From contig CAYXFU010000016.1 of the NCBI GenBank assembly GCA_964464375.1, positions 15,074 through 79,073 on the forward strand: a DNA stretch of 64,000 bases, in the 5' to 3' direction. Every line of letters starts with the position of its first letter. Position 1 is the stretch's first letter. Below the pieces are notes generated by a model. It was not told where the DNA came from, did not search any database, and saw only the letters and a program-made list of their open reading frames with translations. Below, one piece after another: positions 37,747 through 48,744 of the stretch. Position numbers and translations under genes: made by a program. The stretch comes from an uncultured Hyphomicrobiales bacterium. GTDB lineage: Bacteria; Bacteroidota; Ignavibacteria; Kapaibacteriales; UBA2268.

Positions 37747-38613
37747 TTAGATGTATTTTTTTAAAAGAAGATTTACTTCATTATACATTTCTTTTGTGAG
37801 GATTTCAGAGGCATAAGCACGATCGGCTGTAGCAAGCCCGATCAAACAATATGACCTGAGATTTTCGGGATTGCTTTTGAGTGCTTCTAAATGTGAAACA
37901 AGAGTTTCAATTTCACCTCTTGCAATAGGCCCGGTTAATGGAATAATTTCTGAACTGAAATTATTCTCAAGAGTTGTTCTCATTATGGGTGGAATGAAAA
38001 GATCAGGGTTAATTCCGGCAGATTGAGCGATAGATCTTCCAAGATCGGCTATAGTACTTAAGAAATTCGAAACAGTAACAGCCGATGCATGGTAAAGTGT
38101 TTTTTGATTTGGAGAAAGATGGTTTAGATTTATAGCTTTACCATCAAATCCGGAAATAATCTCTTCAATTATTTTGAATTCAGAACTAGTCTGAACACCC
38201 CAGCAAATATCTTTTAGAATCGATGGATCGGGATAGTAGAAAGTTTGGTATGGATGCGCCGAGGCTGTAATCACTCCTTCTTCAACAAAACCATCAAACA
38301 ATTCAATTCCCTTGCTGCCGGATAAATGCATAATCACTTTACAGGAAAGAGATGAATCAAACTGGCTTCTGAGTGTACTTATGGTTTCTGAAATATATTT
38401 ATCGGCTTTGGCAATAATGACTATATCGGGGAGTGACTGAATTAATCTTATATTTTTATAAAAATCTATTCCAGGAAATTCATCCAAAACTAATTCGGAA
38501 TTATAACTCTCGGAGCAAAGCCACTGCAGTTGATTTCTGTTGAATAAATCTCTTGCAAGAGTGAGTCCAACCTTGCCTAAACCTACTATTCCATATTTCT
38601 TTATTTTATTCAT
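37747..38613 (-). CDS. Rossmann-fold NAD(P)-binding protein (DUF2520 / prephenate-dehydrogenase-like)
   Basis: GIVGLGKVGLTLARDL dinucleotide motif. Confidence 0.5.
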   Translation of the reverse strand: MNKIKKYGIVGLGKVGLTLARDLFNRNQLQWLCSESYNSELVLDEFPGIDFYKNIRLIQSLPDIVIIAKADKYISETISTLRSQFDSSLSCKVIMHLSGSKGIELFDGFVEEGVITASAHPYQTFYYPDPSILKDICWGVQTSSEFKIIEEIISGFDGKAINLNHLSPNQKTLYHASAVTVSNFLSTIADLGRSIAQSAGINPDLFIPPIMRTTLENNFSSEIIPLTGPIARGEIETLVSHLEALKSNPENLRSYCLIGLATADRAYASEILTKEMYNEVNLLLKKYI

Positions 38614-38623
38614 TTTCAGATAT

Positions 38624-38657
38624 AAAAAAAGAGGACGGAAAAACCGTCCTCTTTTCT
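38624..38657 (-). terminator. A-run + hairpin gaggacgg..ccgtcctc + T-run; intrinsic terminator for the 38671..41355 gene
   Basis: seen directly. Confidence 0.7.
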
Positions 38658-38670
38658 AGATAATAAATTT

Positions 38671-41355
38671 CTATTTCTTTTCAATTGGTGTGTTAATCTT
38701 AACAAAGACTGTTCTGTTATAAAATCTTCCTTCAGGAAGGGTATTGTTATAAAGCGGTTCATCTTCGCCAACTCCACGTTTGGAAATTTTGCCGACTTTA
38801 CTCTTTGTTTGTTTCATTATACCGTCATAGACTGTATTTGAACGTTTGTCAGATAATTTCTGATTGTGGTCATAAAGTCCGACAACATCTGTATGTCCAA
38901 CAACTTCAATTGAAGAATTTGGCATACAACGATCGTAAACATAATCTCTCATAATTCTCTCATTCAATGGACCTGCAAGAGGACTATCAAATGGGAAGAG
39001 AATCAAGCTATAGTTTTCCTTTGTAGAATCTTTGTCAGTAACGATTCTTTTCTTTCGTGTGGTAACCTGTTTTACTGGAATAGTTATAGGATCTGATTCG
39101 CATTCCTTACCTGATTTTGTAGTAAGAACTAGTTTGGCTACAAATGATTCTTCATCTTTTGGATAAAATTCACTTTCATTCTGCCAGTTCCAAACAATAT
39201 CCTGATCTGTAATGCCAACATTGGCGAGTGTTTTCCAACCTCCAGCACCATGTTTAACTTCAATTCTTCTCTTGGCAATAAGATCATCTTCGATACCATT
39301 TTTCATAGTGAATTTCATTTCGTCGGGTTGAGGGAATGTCTTTGGATCTTTATCAAAAACCGGTTTCATAACATTCCATTCGGGACAAAGAATTTCTACG
39401 CGACGGTTTTCTGTGATACCAAGCGAATCTTTAAGATTTGAAATTCTTTCGGGTTTGTCTCTTACAACGAGTTTCATTCTGCTTTCAGAGATGTTCCAAA
39501 CGTCCTTCAAATAATTATAAACGTTTGTTGCTCTTTCTTTTGAAAGACCTGCGCGTTTTTCTTCAGCAGTTGTTCCGTCGTTGCAACCAACAACTTCAAT
39601 TTTTGCATCGGGGAATTGATTTAATCTATATCCATAGATATTCAAAACATGATAATATCTGTCAAGAGTTCCGCCATTGATTGTAGAATCGGTGAAATCC
39701 TTTGTAGCAGAATTAGAGCTGAATATGTTGTATCTTGAAGGAATATCAGATTTACCCAGATCAAAGAATACATAATTAAGAAGTGGATACAAATCCCATG
39801 TCATGAATTCTTCCATAACAAGACCATTGTAACCTGCTAATGCAGGTTGCGATGCTTTATTATTTTTAATGTATGAGGCTTCGTCAATTTCTTTTCCGAT
39901 AACCGGACGCTGACCTAATGTAAGTGTGATTTCAATAAAGTCAGCAAATTCCTGTGTTTCTTCCAATTTCTTGGTCTTTGCAGGTTTCATTACGCGCTGA
40001 ACTTTTTGAGTAACACCATATTTTGCATTTACAGCAGAAACCTGCAAATCAACAAATTTTAATGAATCCTTAGGATTACCGTAATCAGTATTAGAAACGA
40101 TCATTTCAATTTCAGTTCTATTCATTGTCAAACTGTCACTGAACACTCTGTTAGTTACTGGATTTGAGATAGTAACCGTTGCAGGAATATTCTGTCCTGA
40201 ACATTCGTCAACAACTTTCACCTTAACGTTCACTGCGCGGAAGAATGATGGAACGAAAGCCATGAAAACATCAAGGTCACCCTGGTAGTGGGGCAAATCA
40301 GTTCTTCTTGAAGAAAAATAAAGAATATCTCCGGAAGCTGGCAAAGTGATAAACTGATCGTCCTCACCTGTATTAATTGGCTCAAGAAGGTTTTGTGGTT
40401 TTGTCCATTTCATATTCTTGTCGTCCCCTTCGTTACGGGTCAGATAAAAGTCCAGTCCACCAAGATTAGGAGTATGTCCTTTTGAAGAAAAGAATAATGT
40501 AACGTTATCAGCGGCGATAAATGGTGCAACATCAGCGGCTGGAGTATTAATTACTGACAGGTTCTGAGCTGGCTTCCATTCTTCAGTTTCTGCATCCCAA
40601 TCTGCATACCAAATATCCATATTTTCAGGCTTGGCATCTCCGTTACTATTAGGACCCGGTCTTGTAGAAGTAAAATAAATTCTACTTTGGTCAGGAGCAA
40701 TAGATGGCTGGGAATCCCAATATTTTGAGTTTACATTTTTTCCTAAATTAACAGGACGACCCCAACGGTCTCCTTCAATAGTTGTTTTATAGATGTCGCA
40801 GCTGCCTAAACCATCCGGACGTTCACAACCGGTAAAATAGAGAGACTGTCTGTCTGCAGCGATTGAAGCCGCACCTTCATTCAACACTGTGTTAACACCA
40901 AGATTACCAAGGTTCGTTGTTGTGTCGATATTATAAAGAGGTAAGAAAACAGTATCCATTCTGTCATTCTTTTTTGCAGCCCAAAAGTCATGAGAAAAAA
41001 CTTTCTCGTTGTAAGATTTGCTTCCGGGACGGTTCGACACAAAGTACAGCGTTTTACCGTCGGCACTTACTGTTGGAGCATAATCCACAACATTAGTATT
41101 AATCATAGGACCAAGGTTGATTATTCTGATTCGTGCCCTGCTCTCAGGGCTCAGTATTCCTTCATCCTGCTGCTGCGTGCTTGTTGGAGTTGCAGTTTCC
41201 AAAACTGCACCATAAAGAATAAGAGTTGATCCGGCTGGATTGACAGCTAAATCGGAGTTTTTCGAATTGTTCATTATTGCTTTATCTTCAGATCTTAAAG
41301 CCTGAATAAAGAAAAATGACACCAGAACTAATACAAATAGAACTTTTCGACACAT
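38671..41355 (-). CDS. OmpA-family outer-membrane protein with TolB-like (PD40/WD40-like) beta-propeller repeats
   Basis: PD40-like repeats (DYAPTVSADGKTLYFVSNRPG etc.); C-terminal OmpA motif IEVVGHTDVVG..NQKLSDKRSNTVY. Confidence 0.7.
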   Translation of the reverse strand: MCRKVLFVLVLVSFFFIQALRSEDKAIMNNSKNSDLAVNPAGSTLILYGAVLETATPTSTQQQDEGILSPESRARIRIINLGPMINTNVVDYAPTVSADGKTLYFVSNRPGSKSYNEKVFSHDFWAAKKNDRMDTVFLPLYNIDTTTNLGNLGVNTVLNEGAASIAADRQSLYFTGCERPDGLGSCDIYKTTIEGDRWGRPVNLGKNVNSKYWDSQPSIAPDQSRIYFTSTRPGPNSNGDAKPENMDIWYADWDAETEEWKPAQNLSVINTPAADVAPFIAADNVTLFFSSKGHTPNLGGLDFYLTRNEGDDKNMKWTKPQNLLEPINTGEDDQFITLPASGDILYFSSRRTDLPHYQGDLDVFMAFVPSFFRAVNVKVKVVDECSGQNIPATVTISNPVTNRVFSDSLTMNRTEIEMIVSNTDYGNPKDSLKFVDLQVSAVNAKYGVTQKVQRVMKPAKTKKLEETQEFADFIEITLTLGQRPVIGKEIDEASYIKNNKASQPALAGYNGLVMEEFMTWDLYPLLNYVFFDLGKSDIPSRYNIFSSNSATKDFTDSTINGGTLDRYYHVLNIYGYRLNQFPDAKIEVVGCNDGTTAEEKRAGLSKERATNVYNYLKDVWNISESRMKLVVRDKPERISNLKDSLGITENRRVEILCPEWNVMKPVFDKDPKTFPQPDEMKFTMKNGIEDDLIAKRRIEVKHGAGGWKTLANVGITDQDIVWNWQNESEFYPKDEESFVAKLVLTTKSGKECESDPITIPVKQVTTRKKRIVTDKDSTKENYSLILFPFDSPLAGPLNERIMRDYVYDRCMPNSSIEVVGHTDVVGLYDHNQKLSDKRSNTVYDGIMKQTKSKVGKISKRGVGEDEPLYNNTLPEGRFYNRTVFVKINTPIEKK

Positions 41356-41595
41356 AGCCTAAAACCTATAAAAAAATTTATAAATTAAAATTAATTGTTG
41401 AAATTAATTAAAAAAACTAAAAAAGTGTAATTGAACTTTTAGGAAAGAATAATATACTCTAAATCAAATTAATACACAACAAAATAATGAAAGATTGTTA
41501 AAAAAAATTCACACTAAGGCAAAAATGTTAATTTTTATTAACACCTATATCTGAAAAAGGTTAGCAGAAAATATTTATATACGTTTAATACAATT

Positions 41596-42480
41596 CTAAT
41601 TGAATCTTTTTTGTAAAGCTACTCTGAGTTCAAATAAAATCCGCCAGTTCAATACCTTGAAGCCATCACCTTTGGTGCTCAACGAAGTTAATGGATAACC
41701 AAAATCAAAAACTGGTGTTAGATTAACGTTTTTGGCGAGTTCAATATTCACTCCTATTGCAGGAACAAGATAAATCTGGAATTTATTTATATCAGAATAT
41801 TCACCTTCTCTGACAACTGCAACATTTCCTGAAAAATCTTTAAATTCAAATTGTCCAATTTCTCCGCTAGAGAGTAGTGCTGTCTTCTGAGTCAATTCTT
41901 CCGTATGCCGGACATGTGAATAAACAAGATATCCTGCTTCAACGCCCATCCTCACAAAGAATGAATTTGACGGTGACCACTTGATAAAAGGCATTACGGT
42001 TAAATTTACTAATCCTGTCTCTGACTTTTCCCTAATCATAACATTAACCATTTCTTTAGTCTGCGATACCTGGGAAGTAAATAATAGAGCACGATAATCA
42101 AGAAAAGAACTGACAACATTAAGAACATTCAATCCAACTGCTGCACCTAACTGCCAGGTTGGAGATAAATCAAATTCATAAAGAAGTCCAGCTTTAAAGC
42201 CGAATCCATTGCCACTATCAAAATTACAACTATCGCAACCGGTATTATAGTAACCTGATTGAATATTTTGGCCTAATCCGACGAAAATTCCTAACTCCTT
42301 CTGAGTAAAAGTTTTACCGGGATTTAAAGGAGAGGCACCTAACGTCTGTGCAAATAAATTTTTAGTTGATATAAAATTGAAAGAAATAATTAATAAAATA
42401 ATTATTAATTTTGTTAACTTTATTCTTTGCATAATCGTCTCAAACTTTGTTAAATTTTTCATAATAATTATATAAAGCAC
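41596..42480 (-). CDS. Outer-membrane beta-barrel protein (porin-like)
   Basis: signal peptide; alternating hydrophobic pattern; C-terminal F; start uncertain. Confidence 0.4.
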   Translation of the reverse strand: MLYIIIMKNLTKFETIMQRIKLTKLIIILLIISFNFISTKNLFAQTLGASPLNPGKTFTQKELGIFVGLGQNIQSGYYNTGCDSCNFDSGNGFGFKAGLLYEFDLSPTWQLGAAVGLNVLNVVSSFLDYRALLFTSQVSQTKEMVNVMIREKSETGLVNLTVMPFIKWSPSNSFFVRMGVEAGYLVYSHVRHTEELTQKTALLSSGEIGQFEFKDFSGNVAVVREGEYSDINKFQIYLVPAIGVNIELAKNVNLTPVFDFGYPLTSLSTKGDGFKVLNWRILFELRVALQKRFN

Positions 42481-43959
42481 ATGGATAACATTAAACTAAC
42501 CGAATCCGATGATCCAAACATGCTACACGACAGTCAGTATGCTGATTTTCCAGAACAATTTAATAATCAGCATTTAGACTTAGCGGATGACCACGAATTT
42601 AAATCACAAGACGAAGAGAAAGTGTTTCTTAGTGGAGCAAGATTTTCTGCAATACGAATATTAAGCAGATTCGAAAGAAGCGATTCGTATATCGACAAGC
42701 TTTTAGATTACGAAATGAAGACTGGCAACCTTAATCCAATGGATAAAAATCTACTGAATGAGATTGTTCATGGAGTTATTCGTTGGAAAGGAAAGATTGA
42801 TTGGGTTCTAGTCGGATTCTATCATGGCGATTATCTCAAATGCCTGAATATCGTAAAGAATGCTATGCGGGTAGCTCTTTACCAGATTCTTTATCTCGAC
42901 AGAATTCCAATTCCTGCCGCCATCAATGAATCAGTTGAAATTGTGAAGCGTGTTCAAGGTGAAAAAACAGCCGGAATAGTAAACGGTGTTCTTCGCAACA
43001 TAGCAAGAAATATCGACAACATTCGCTTCCCCGATAAAGGCGAAGACATTATATATCATTTTTCTGTTATGTATTCTCATCCTCGATGGATGGTAAAAAG
43101 ATGGCTTGAAAGATACGGTGAAATTCAAACTGAAAAACTTCTGTTCACTAACAACCGCAGACCTTATACAACATTAAGAGTCAATCTGCTAAAAGCTAAA
43201 ACTGAACATGTTATCGAAGTGCTCAGAAATTATAATATGTATTACTTCGTATCACCATATATAAAAGATTCTATCGTTGTGAAATCCAATAAGCCGGAAG
43301 TTCCGTCACTCGACATGTTCAAAGATGGCTGGGTTACTATTCAGGATACGAGTGCTTCTCTAGCTGCATATCTTGCACAGCCAAAGGAAGGCAACAGAAT
43401 AGCTGATGTTTGTGCCGCTCCCGGTGGCAAATCCTTTTATCTTGCAGAAATGATGAACGATAAAGGGAAAGTTTACGCTATCGACCAGTACCCATCCAAA
43501 TTGAAATTTATAGAAGAAGGTGCCGAAAGATTGGGCTTGACATCTATCGAAACTATGATTGGAGATGCTACTTGTATTGAATTTGATGAACAGGTTGACA
43601 TAGTATTTACTGACGTTCCTTGTTCCGGACTGGGCACATTGGCGAAGAAGCCTGACATAAAATGGAAGCGTGAACGTGAGGACATTTATGTTCTTGTTGA
43701 AACACAAAGAAAAATTCTAAAAAATGCAGCCAAGATACTCAAACCAGGTGGAGTACTGCTTTACTCTACCTGCACTATCGAACCCGAAGAGAATGTAGAA
43801 AACATTGAATGGTTTTTGAAGAATTATCCTGAGTTCGAACTCGATCCTGCTGAGAATTATCTTCAGCCTGAACTATGTAAAGCCGGTTACATGATGCTAT
43901 ATCCACATACTCATAATATCGACGGTGCTTTTGCGGCGAGATTGATTAAAAAGGGATAG
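42481..43959 (+). CDS. rsmB: 16S rRNA (cytosine967-C5)-methyltransferase with NusB-like N-domain
   Basis: DVCAAPGGKS, DVPCSGLG, TCTIEPEEN motifs. Confidence 0.8.
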   Translation: MDNIKLTESDDPNMLHDSQYADFPEQFNNQHLDLADDHEFKSQDEEKVFLSGARFSAIRILSRFERSDSYIDKLLDYEMKTGNLNPMDKNLLNEIVHGVIRWKGKIDWVLVGFYHGDYLKCLNIVKNAMRVALYQILYLDRIPIPAAINESVEIVKRVQGEKTAGIVNGVLRNIARNIDNIRFPDKGEDIIYHFSVMYSHPRWMVKRWLERYGEIQTEKLLFTNNRRPYTTLRVNLLKAKTEHVIEVLRNYNMYYFVSPYIKDSIVVKSNKPEVPSLDMFKDGWVTIQDTSASLAAYLAQPKEGNRIADVCAAPGGKSFYLAEMMNDKGKVYAIDQYPSKLKFIEEGAERLGLTSIETMIGDATCIEFDEQVDIVFTDVPCSGLGTLAKKPDIKWKREREDIYVLVETQRKILKNAAKILKPGGVLLYSTCTIEPEENVENIEWFLKNYPEFELDPAENYLQPELCKAGYMMLYPHTHNIDGAFAARLIKKG

Positions 43960-43965
43960 AGCAGA

Positions 43966-45279
43966 ATGGATATAATTAAGGTCGGTGGTGCCGTCCTTCG
44001 TAATATTGACGGATTCAACAAATTCGCTAAGATATTGGGTGATCAACAATCCGATAATCTCATCATTGTTGTCTCAGCTTTTTCCTTATCTACTCGCGAG
44101 CTTTCTTCTATGGCTCATTTAGCAGAGATAGGTAACAAGGAAAAAGCTTTTGCTTCAACCGAAAAGTTTATCAAAAAACACCTCAAATTAGCTGAGAATA
44201 TCATCAAGAGCCATGATCTGTTGATTCAATTAAATAATCAGCTAGATTTGATTTCTCAGAAGCTTTACAGCATCATCGAAGGTATTGCCATTACAAAAGA
44301 GCTATCATCGAGAATTCTCGATCTTGTGCTCAGCTTCGGTGAATTATACGCACTGACGATTATTGATGCTCTTTTAACCGATAGAAAATTCCCACATAAG
44401 ACCATTGATTCTACTACTTTGATTGTTTCCGATAATTCCTACGGTAATGCAAAACCTATCGAAAAAGAGACACTGGAAAGAATCAATAAACTTTTAATCC
44501 CTGAAATTGATAGACATAAGCTGATTCTTACTCAAGGATTCGTTGCTTCTACCATGAACGGTGACATCACAACAATGGGAATAGAAAGCTCCAACCTTAC
44601 TGCCGCGATTCTTGCAAAAATGACTGGGGCAAAAAGATTAACACTCTGGACAGACGTTCGCGGCATCAGATCTGCCGATCCGAAAATTGTGGGCAAAACC
44701 AAACTTATAAGAAACATGAGCTATTCTGAGGCATATACTGCCGGTGCCCTGGGATTAAAGCTGATTTATCCGGGAATGATTGATTATGCTAAGGAAAATA
44801 ATATTGAATTAATTTTCCGTTCCGCATTCGATGGTCATAAGGAATTCACAACAATAAGCAAGAAGTCCGGCGAGAATAAACTAATTATATGTTCCGATGG
44901 ATACCGACTTATTGAAATAACACCGGAGGACAGCACTCAATACCAAATAGCAAGTAACTGGGCACAGCAACTTATAAATAATCCTGAAATAATTGTTAAG
45001 TCAAGCACCATTTCATCCGGAAAGATTTCAGTTCTAATCAAGCAGAATGGAACAAAAATTATCCCACCAAAGGAATTGAAACCGGAAATATTTGATAGTA
45101 TATCGCAAATCTCTACTGTTAACATCCCAAAGGATAAACTTCTGAAAGTATTAGCAAAGGAAGAATTTTCGATCAGATATTTATCGGTAAGCGATGTTGG
45201 CACAAATTCTTCAGTATTCCTAGTAGAACAGAAAGATTCTGAAGAAATGATAAATCAACTGCATAAGAAATTAATATAA
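43966..45279 (+). CDS. Aspartate kinase (amino-acid kinase family)
   Basis: KVGGAVL..IVVSA..; TQGFVAST..LWTDVRGIRSADPK..MSYSEA pattern. Confidence 0.65.
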   Translation: MDIIKVGGAVLRNIDGFNKFAKILGDQQSDNLIIVVSAFSLSTRELSSMAHLAEIGNKEKAFASTEKFIKKHLKLAENIIKSHDLLIQLNNQLDLISQKLYSIIEGIAITKELSSRILDLVLSFGELYALTIIDALLTDRKFPHKTIDSTTLIVSDNSYGNAKPIEKETLERINKLLIPEIDRHKLILTQGFVASTMNGDITTMGIESSNLTAAILAKMTGAKRLTLWTDVRGIRSADPKIVGKTKLIRNMSYSEAYTAGALGLKLIYPGMIDYAKENNIELIFRSAFDGHKEFTTISKKSGENKLIICSDGYRLIEITPEDSTQYQIASNWAQQLINNPEIIVKSSTISSGKISVLIKQNGTKIIPPKELKPEIFDSISQISTVNIPKDKLLKVLAKEEFSIRYLSVSDVGTNSSVFLVEQKDSEEMINQLHKKLI

Positions 45280-45305
45280 TAATAGTGTCTTATTTTGATG
45301 GACTC

Positions 45306-45336
45306 AACTTCGGAAGTAGAGTCCATCTTGCATGGG
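45306..45336. terminator. Hairpin gatggactc..gagtccatc between convergent genes
   Basis: 9-bp stem; no clear T-tract. Confidence 0.35.
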
Positions 45337-45362
45337 CTTTCAATCCTATCTTAAGACTTTCT

Positions 45363-46667
45363 CTACATCCAGCCGTAAGCATCAAAACTTCCAAATCCAT
45401 AAACGCTTATTCCGAATGGAAGCGACGATTTAATGATATGCGCACCCGGTTTTAATTTTATGGTTCCGGTCATCATAGTTGTATCATAAAATTCGTTGAA
45501 CTTTTGTGTGTCAACTTTCACTCCGTCAATCGTCAGATCTGCCAATCCATCTTTAGGAATTGAAATATTTACAAAACTCTCGAAACTTGGCAGTTCGGGC
45601 ACATTCACAAGGTAGTTCAACTGATAAATGCTCTCGGGACGTACAAGTAACATCATCGGATCTCCAACGCTGTCGCCATTTCTGTTACCCTGACTGTACT
45701 GAGTGACAATTACAGGTTTACCGGATTTAATGGTAACATTTTCATTCATAGCGTCATTTTCATAAGACTCACCGCGATTAAGCAATATACCCTCATTACC
45801 GTTAATTACGAGTATATTATTTTCATCCTGTCCCACTATCTTAATCGAATATTTTGAGCGCATAGATAATGGGGAGATGAAGAAAGTAGTGCCTGCGAAA
45901 TTGTTTGGAAGCAGCTGTTCTACTAAAAAATTACATGCCATAATCTTCTCAGGCACATAACTGCACTGATGCCCGCTAAACACAGATATTTTCTTATCTG
46001 CCGTAATCTTAGTCCCGGTCAAATCCTTGAATTTCAAATCCTGATAAGCGGAATTGAATTGGAAGGATTCACCACGATTAAGAGTAATATTAATAGGAGC
46101 TTTTAGCTTTCGAGTTTCAGGATCTGTTTGTGGTGTAACGATTGATATGCGGGTGTTATCTTCAGACGCTACCACAGCGAACTCCGAGTTCAAGCCCTCG
46201 TTTGTGTTTCTGCTTGTAATAAAATAGTCTTTACCCGTTGTCTCAACAGGCAGAACAGTGAAACCATCTGTTGTCTGTAATCTGGAACTTAGGGCATTGA
46301 CCACGATCTTCGCATCCGAAGTGATATGAATACCCTGCTCGCTTTTGACGTTGCTCGATGTAATCTGCAATTCAGGAGGAAGCATAACAGTTGCCATTTT
46401 ATTTGGTTCCAGCTCTAAGCTTGTGCTGTAATTATTTCCCTTACAGGTAATTTCAACTTTAGCCTTGCTTTCAGATGAAATATAAAGGGTTAGAGTTAAA
46501 GCCGATGATGGAGGTCCGGATATGTTTCCGGATGTTGATGGTTTGCTTTCCTTATAATTCTGCATAAAGCACAGCCAGAAATCAGTGCCCGACTGAGAAA
46601 ACTGTGAAAAAGCCGGAAGTGCAGACAGAATCAAAAGACCAAACAACAAGATACTCTTCAGTTTCAT
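45363..46667 (-). CDS. Secreted protein with IgGFc-binding-like N-terminal motif (GTDFWLCFMQN)
   Basis: signal peptide; G-T-[DE]-F-W..F-M-x-N motif; no CTD. Confidence 0.4.
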   Translation of the reverse strand: MKLKSILLFGLLILSALPAFSQFSQSGTDFWLCFMQNYKESKPSTSGNISGPPSSALTLTLYISSESKAKVEITCKGNNYSTSLELEPNKMATVMLPPELQITSSNVKSEQGIHITSDAKIVVNALSSRLQTTDGFTVLPVETTGKDYFITSRNTNEGLNSEFAVVASEDNTRISIVTPQTDPETRKLKAPINITLNRGESFQFNSAYQDLKFKDLTGTKITADKKISVFSGHQCSYVPEKIMACNFLVEQLLPNNFAGTTFFISPLSMRSKYSIKIVGQDENNILVINGNEGILLNRGESYENDAMNENVTIKSGKPVIVTQYSQGNRNGDSVGDPMMLLVRPESIYQLNYLVNVPELPSFESFVNISIPKDGLADLTIDGVKVDTQKFNEFYDTTMMTGTIKLKPGAHIIKSSLPFGISVYGFGSFDAYGWM

Positions 46668-46812
46668 ATTAACCTCATGTATGTAAGAATTGAATATTCA
46701 GATCTATGTTAGAAAGATAATTCGATTTCAGATTTGTAGCATTAGTAATTTATAATATTTACAACTTACTTCAAAGTAATTAATATTAATTAATTATATG
46801 TTAATTGAAAAC

Positions 46813-46842
46813 CCGCTCCAAATATGGATTTGAAGCGGATTA
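46813..46842 (-). terminator. Hairpin ccgctccaaat..atttgaagcgg downstream of the 46858 gene
   Basis: ~10-bp stem. Confidence 0.4.
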
Positions 46843-46857
46843 GAGATTGAATAGTTT

Positions 46858-48744
46858 TTATAATTTCACAAACCGCTTGTTCACTCGCTCGGAATTATCG
46901 GTTGAGATATTGATGATGTATGTTCCACTTTGGAGTCCATTCATATCGAAATCGATTGTCTGTTCACCTTTTTGCAATTTTTCCCAATTTACCAACGTTT
47001 TTATATAATTGCCTGAAACATCGTGAATCGTAATATTTACAATTCGATCATTTAGAAGGAAGAACTTTATTTTGCCATTATCGTTGAATGGATTTGGAAA
47101 TACATTGATATCCTTGACTGATTCGGAGGAAAGTTTACACAATTCAAAGAATGTTTCATCGACGCTGAGCCCTTTACATGCTTCTTCGGGCATCATCTTA
47201 CCTGATTCAATCAACTCAATAGCTTTCAATTCCCTGCTTAAAACATTTCTGTATCTTTCGGGCAGTGCTTCAACAAACTCTTTGGTCGGTAAATACCAAA
47301 GTACTTCGGAAATTTGATCATAAGAAGAATCTGTTGATTTTTTATAAGGGAACATTACTTCAACCGGTACTAAATAGTTCATTAATAATCTGTTCTGATA
47401 GGCTTGTGAATAGACAGACCACCTATCAGAATCTTTTTGTATAACAGATTTCGCTGTTGAATCATTAAATTCTTCTGCTAATAGCCTTTTAAGCAATTCC
47501 TTAAGTAATTGAGTTTCAGTATATTTCATATAATATTCTTTTAAAATCGTATTATCATGTCCAAGAGGAGAGTAATCATACTTAATACTTTTTCCGGTTC
47601 CTGTCATAACAGGACATGTCATACAGAATTCTTTATTGCTCCAGCCATCGTATGGTATTATATTGTCTTTAGGAATAAAGATGTTTTTTTCTTTTCTCAA
47701 TTGATAATCATCTGAACCTATTAACATAACAGTACCAATACCTTCGGGATTGGTTTTCCAAAGAATTTCCTGCTTGTGTTTAATTAATGCAGGTTCAGGA
47801 CTATCTTTGTATTTTGAAACAATATCTTTGGGAACATCTTGACCAATAAAACTAACGAAATATGATTCAGTATTGTAATACAACGAAGAGTCACCATAAT
47901 TGATTCCCAAATTCTTAAGTTCATTAATATCAAGATTGATAACATTGATAGAAGAGGGCTTATTGTTTAATACAGTAGCCAATAAAACATATTGGGAGAA
48001 TTTTTTTACATTTTCAACTGGATTATCCTGCAAACTGATAGTTTTGGTTGCTTCATCATAAAGTTTTTTGAATTCTTCATCATCCTTAGCAAATCCAATT
48101 TTATCAAGATTCGGAATATTCTGTGCTGATAAACTTGCATATAATTCCTTATAGTGTGTTAATGCTTCGGAAGTTTCTATAAAATTATAAAATTGTATTG
48201 TTTGAGCTTTTGAAGAATCTATTCGGGTAAAATACATGTGACATGTATAAAAGAATTTATTACTATAATTATCATATCCGAGCTTTTCCCAGCCAGGCAT
48301 TGTATCATATCTTGCAATGTCAAATGTATCAATTCCAACGTATATTCGTTTTAAAAATTCTTGCTCATTTAGCGAAGTATTTGATGTTTCTTCCCGATTC
48401 TTAGTTTCTCTTTTGTTAATATTAACAATTTCTTTTAGAACTTCTTTATCAACCTTTTCCTCAATTCTCGCATTTGCTTGCTTCACTTTTGCTGTCTGCG
48501 ATTTGACTGTGGCTGGTTGCGGGTCATTGGATAAGTAGTTTATTCCAAAAATACCCAGCATTAAGATTGATGTTATTATAGATGTCATTTTGATTCCCCT
48601 TTTTGTAAAATGTTTAGAATTACCTAATGATTCGCTTCTGTCCACTCTTTCCAGAACACTTGTAAGTTCTGATTTGTCGAGGGGGAAGGGCGGAATATCG
48701 GTATTCTGCACATTTTTGATTATATTGGATAAATCCTTTTTCAT
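46858..48744 (-). CDS. Membrane protein with anti-sigma-like N-terminus, single TM, large extracytoplasmic region and T9SS C-terminal domain
   Basis: 4-nt overlap with the ECF sigma gene; TM IITSILMLGIFGINYL; C-terminus VFPNPFNDNGKIKFFL..GLQSGTYIINI..KRFVKL. Confidence 0.5.
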   Translation of the reverse strand: MKKDLSNIIKNVQNTDIPPFPLDKSELTSVLERVDRSESLGNSKHFTKRGIKMTSIITSILMLGIFGINYLSNDPQPATVKSQTAKVKQANARIEEKVDKEVLKEIVNINKRETKNREETSNTSLNEQEFLKRIYVGIDTFDIARYDTMPGWEKLGYDNYSNKFFYTCHMYFTRIDSSKAQTIQFYNFIETSEALTHYKELYASLSAQNIPNLDKIGFAKDDEEFKKLYDEATKTISLQDNPVENVKKFSQYVLLATVLNNKPSSINVINLDINELKNLGINYGDSSLYYNTESYFVSFIGQDVPKDIVSKYKDSPEPALIKHKQEILWKTNPEGIGTVMLIGSDDYQLRKEKNIFIPKDNIIPYDGWSNKEFCMTCPVMTGTGKSIKYDYSPLGHDNTILKEYYMKYTETQLLKELLKRLLAEEFNDSTAKSVIQKDSDRWSVYSQAYQNRLLMNYLVPVEVMFPYKKSTDSSYDQISEVLWYLPTKEFVEALPERYRNVLSRELKAIELIESGKMMPEEACKGLSVDETFFELCKLSSESVKDINVFPNPFNDNGKIKFFLLNDRIVNITIHDVSGNYIKTLVNWEKLQKGEQTIDFDMNGLQSGTYIINISTDNSERVNKRFVKL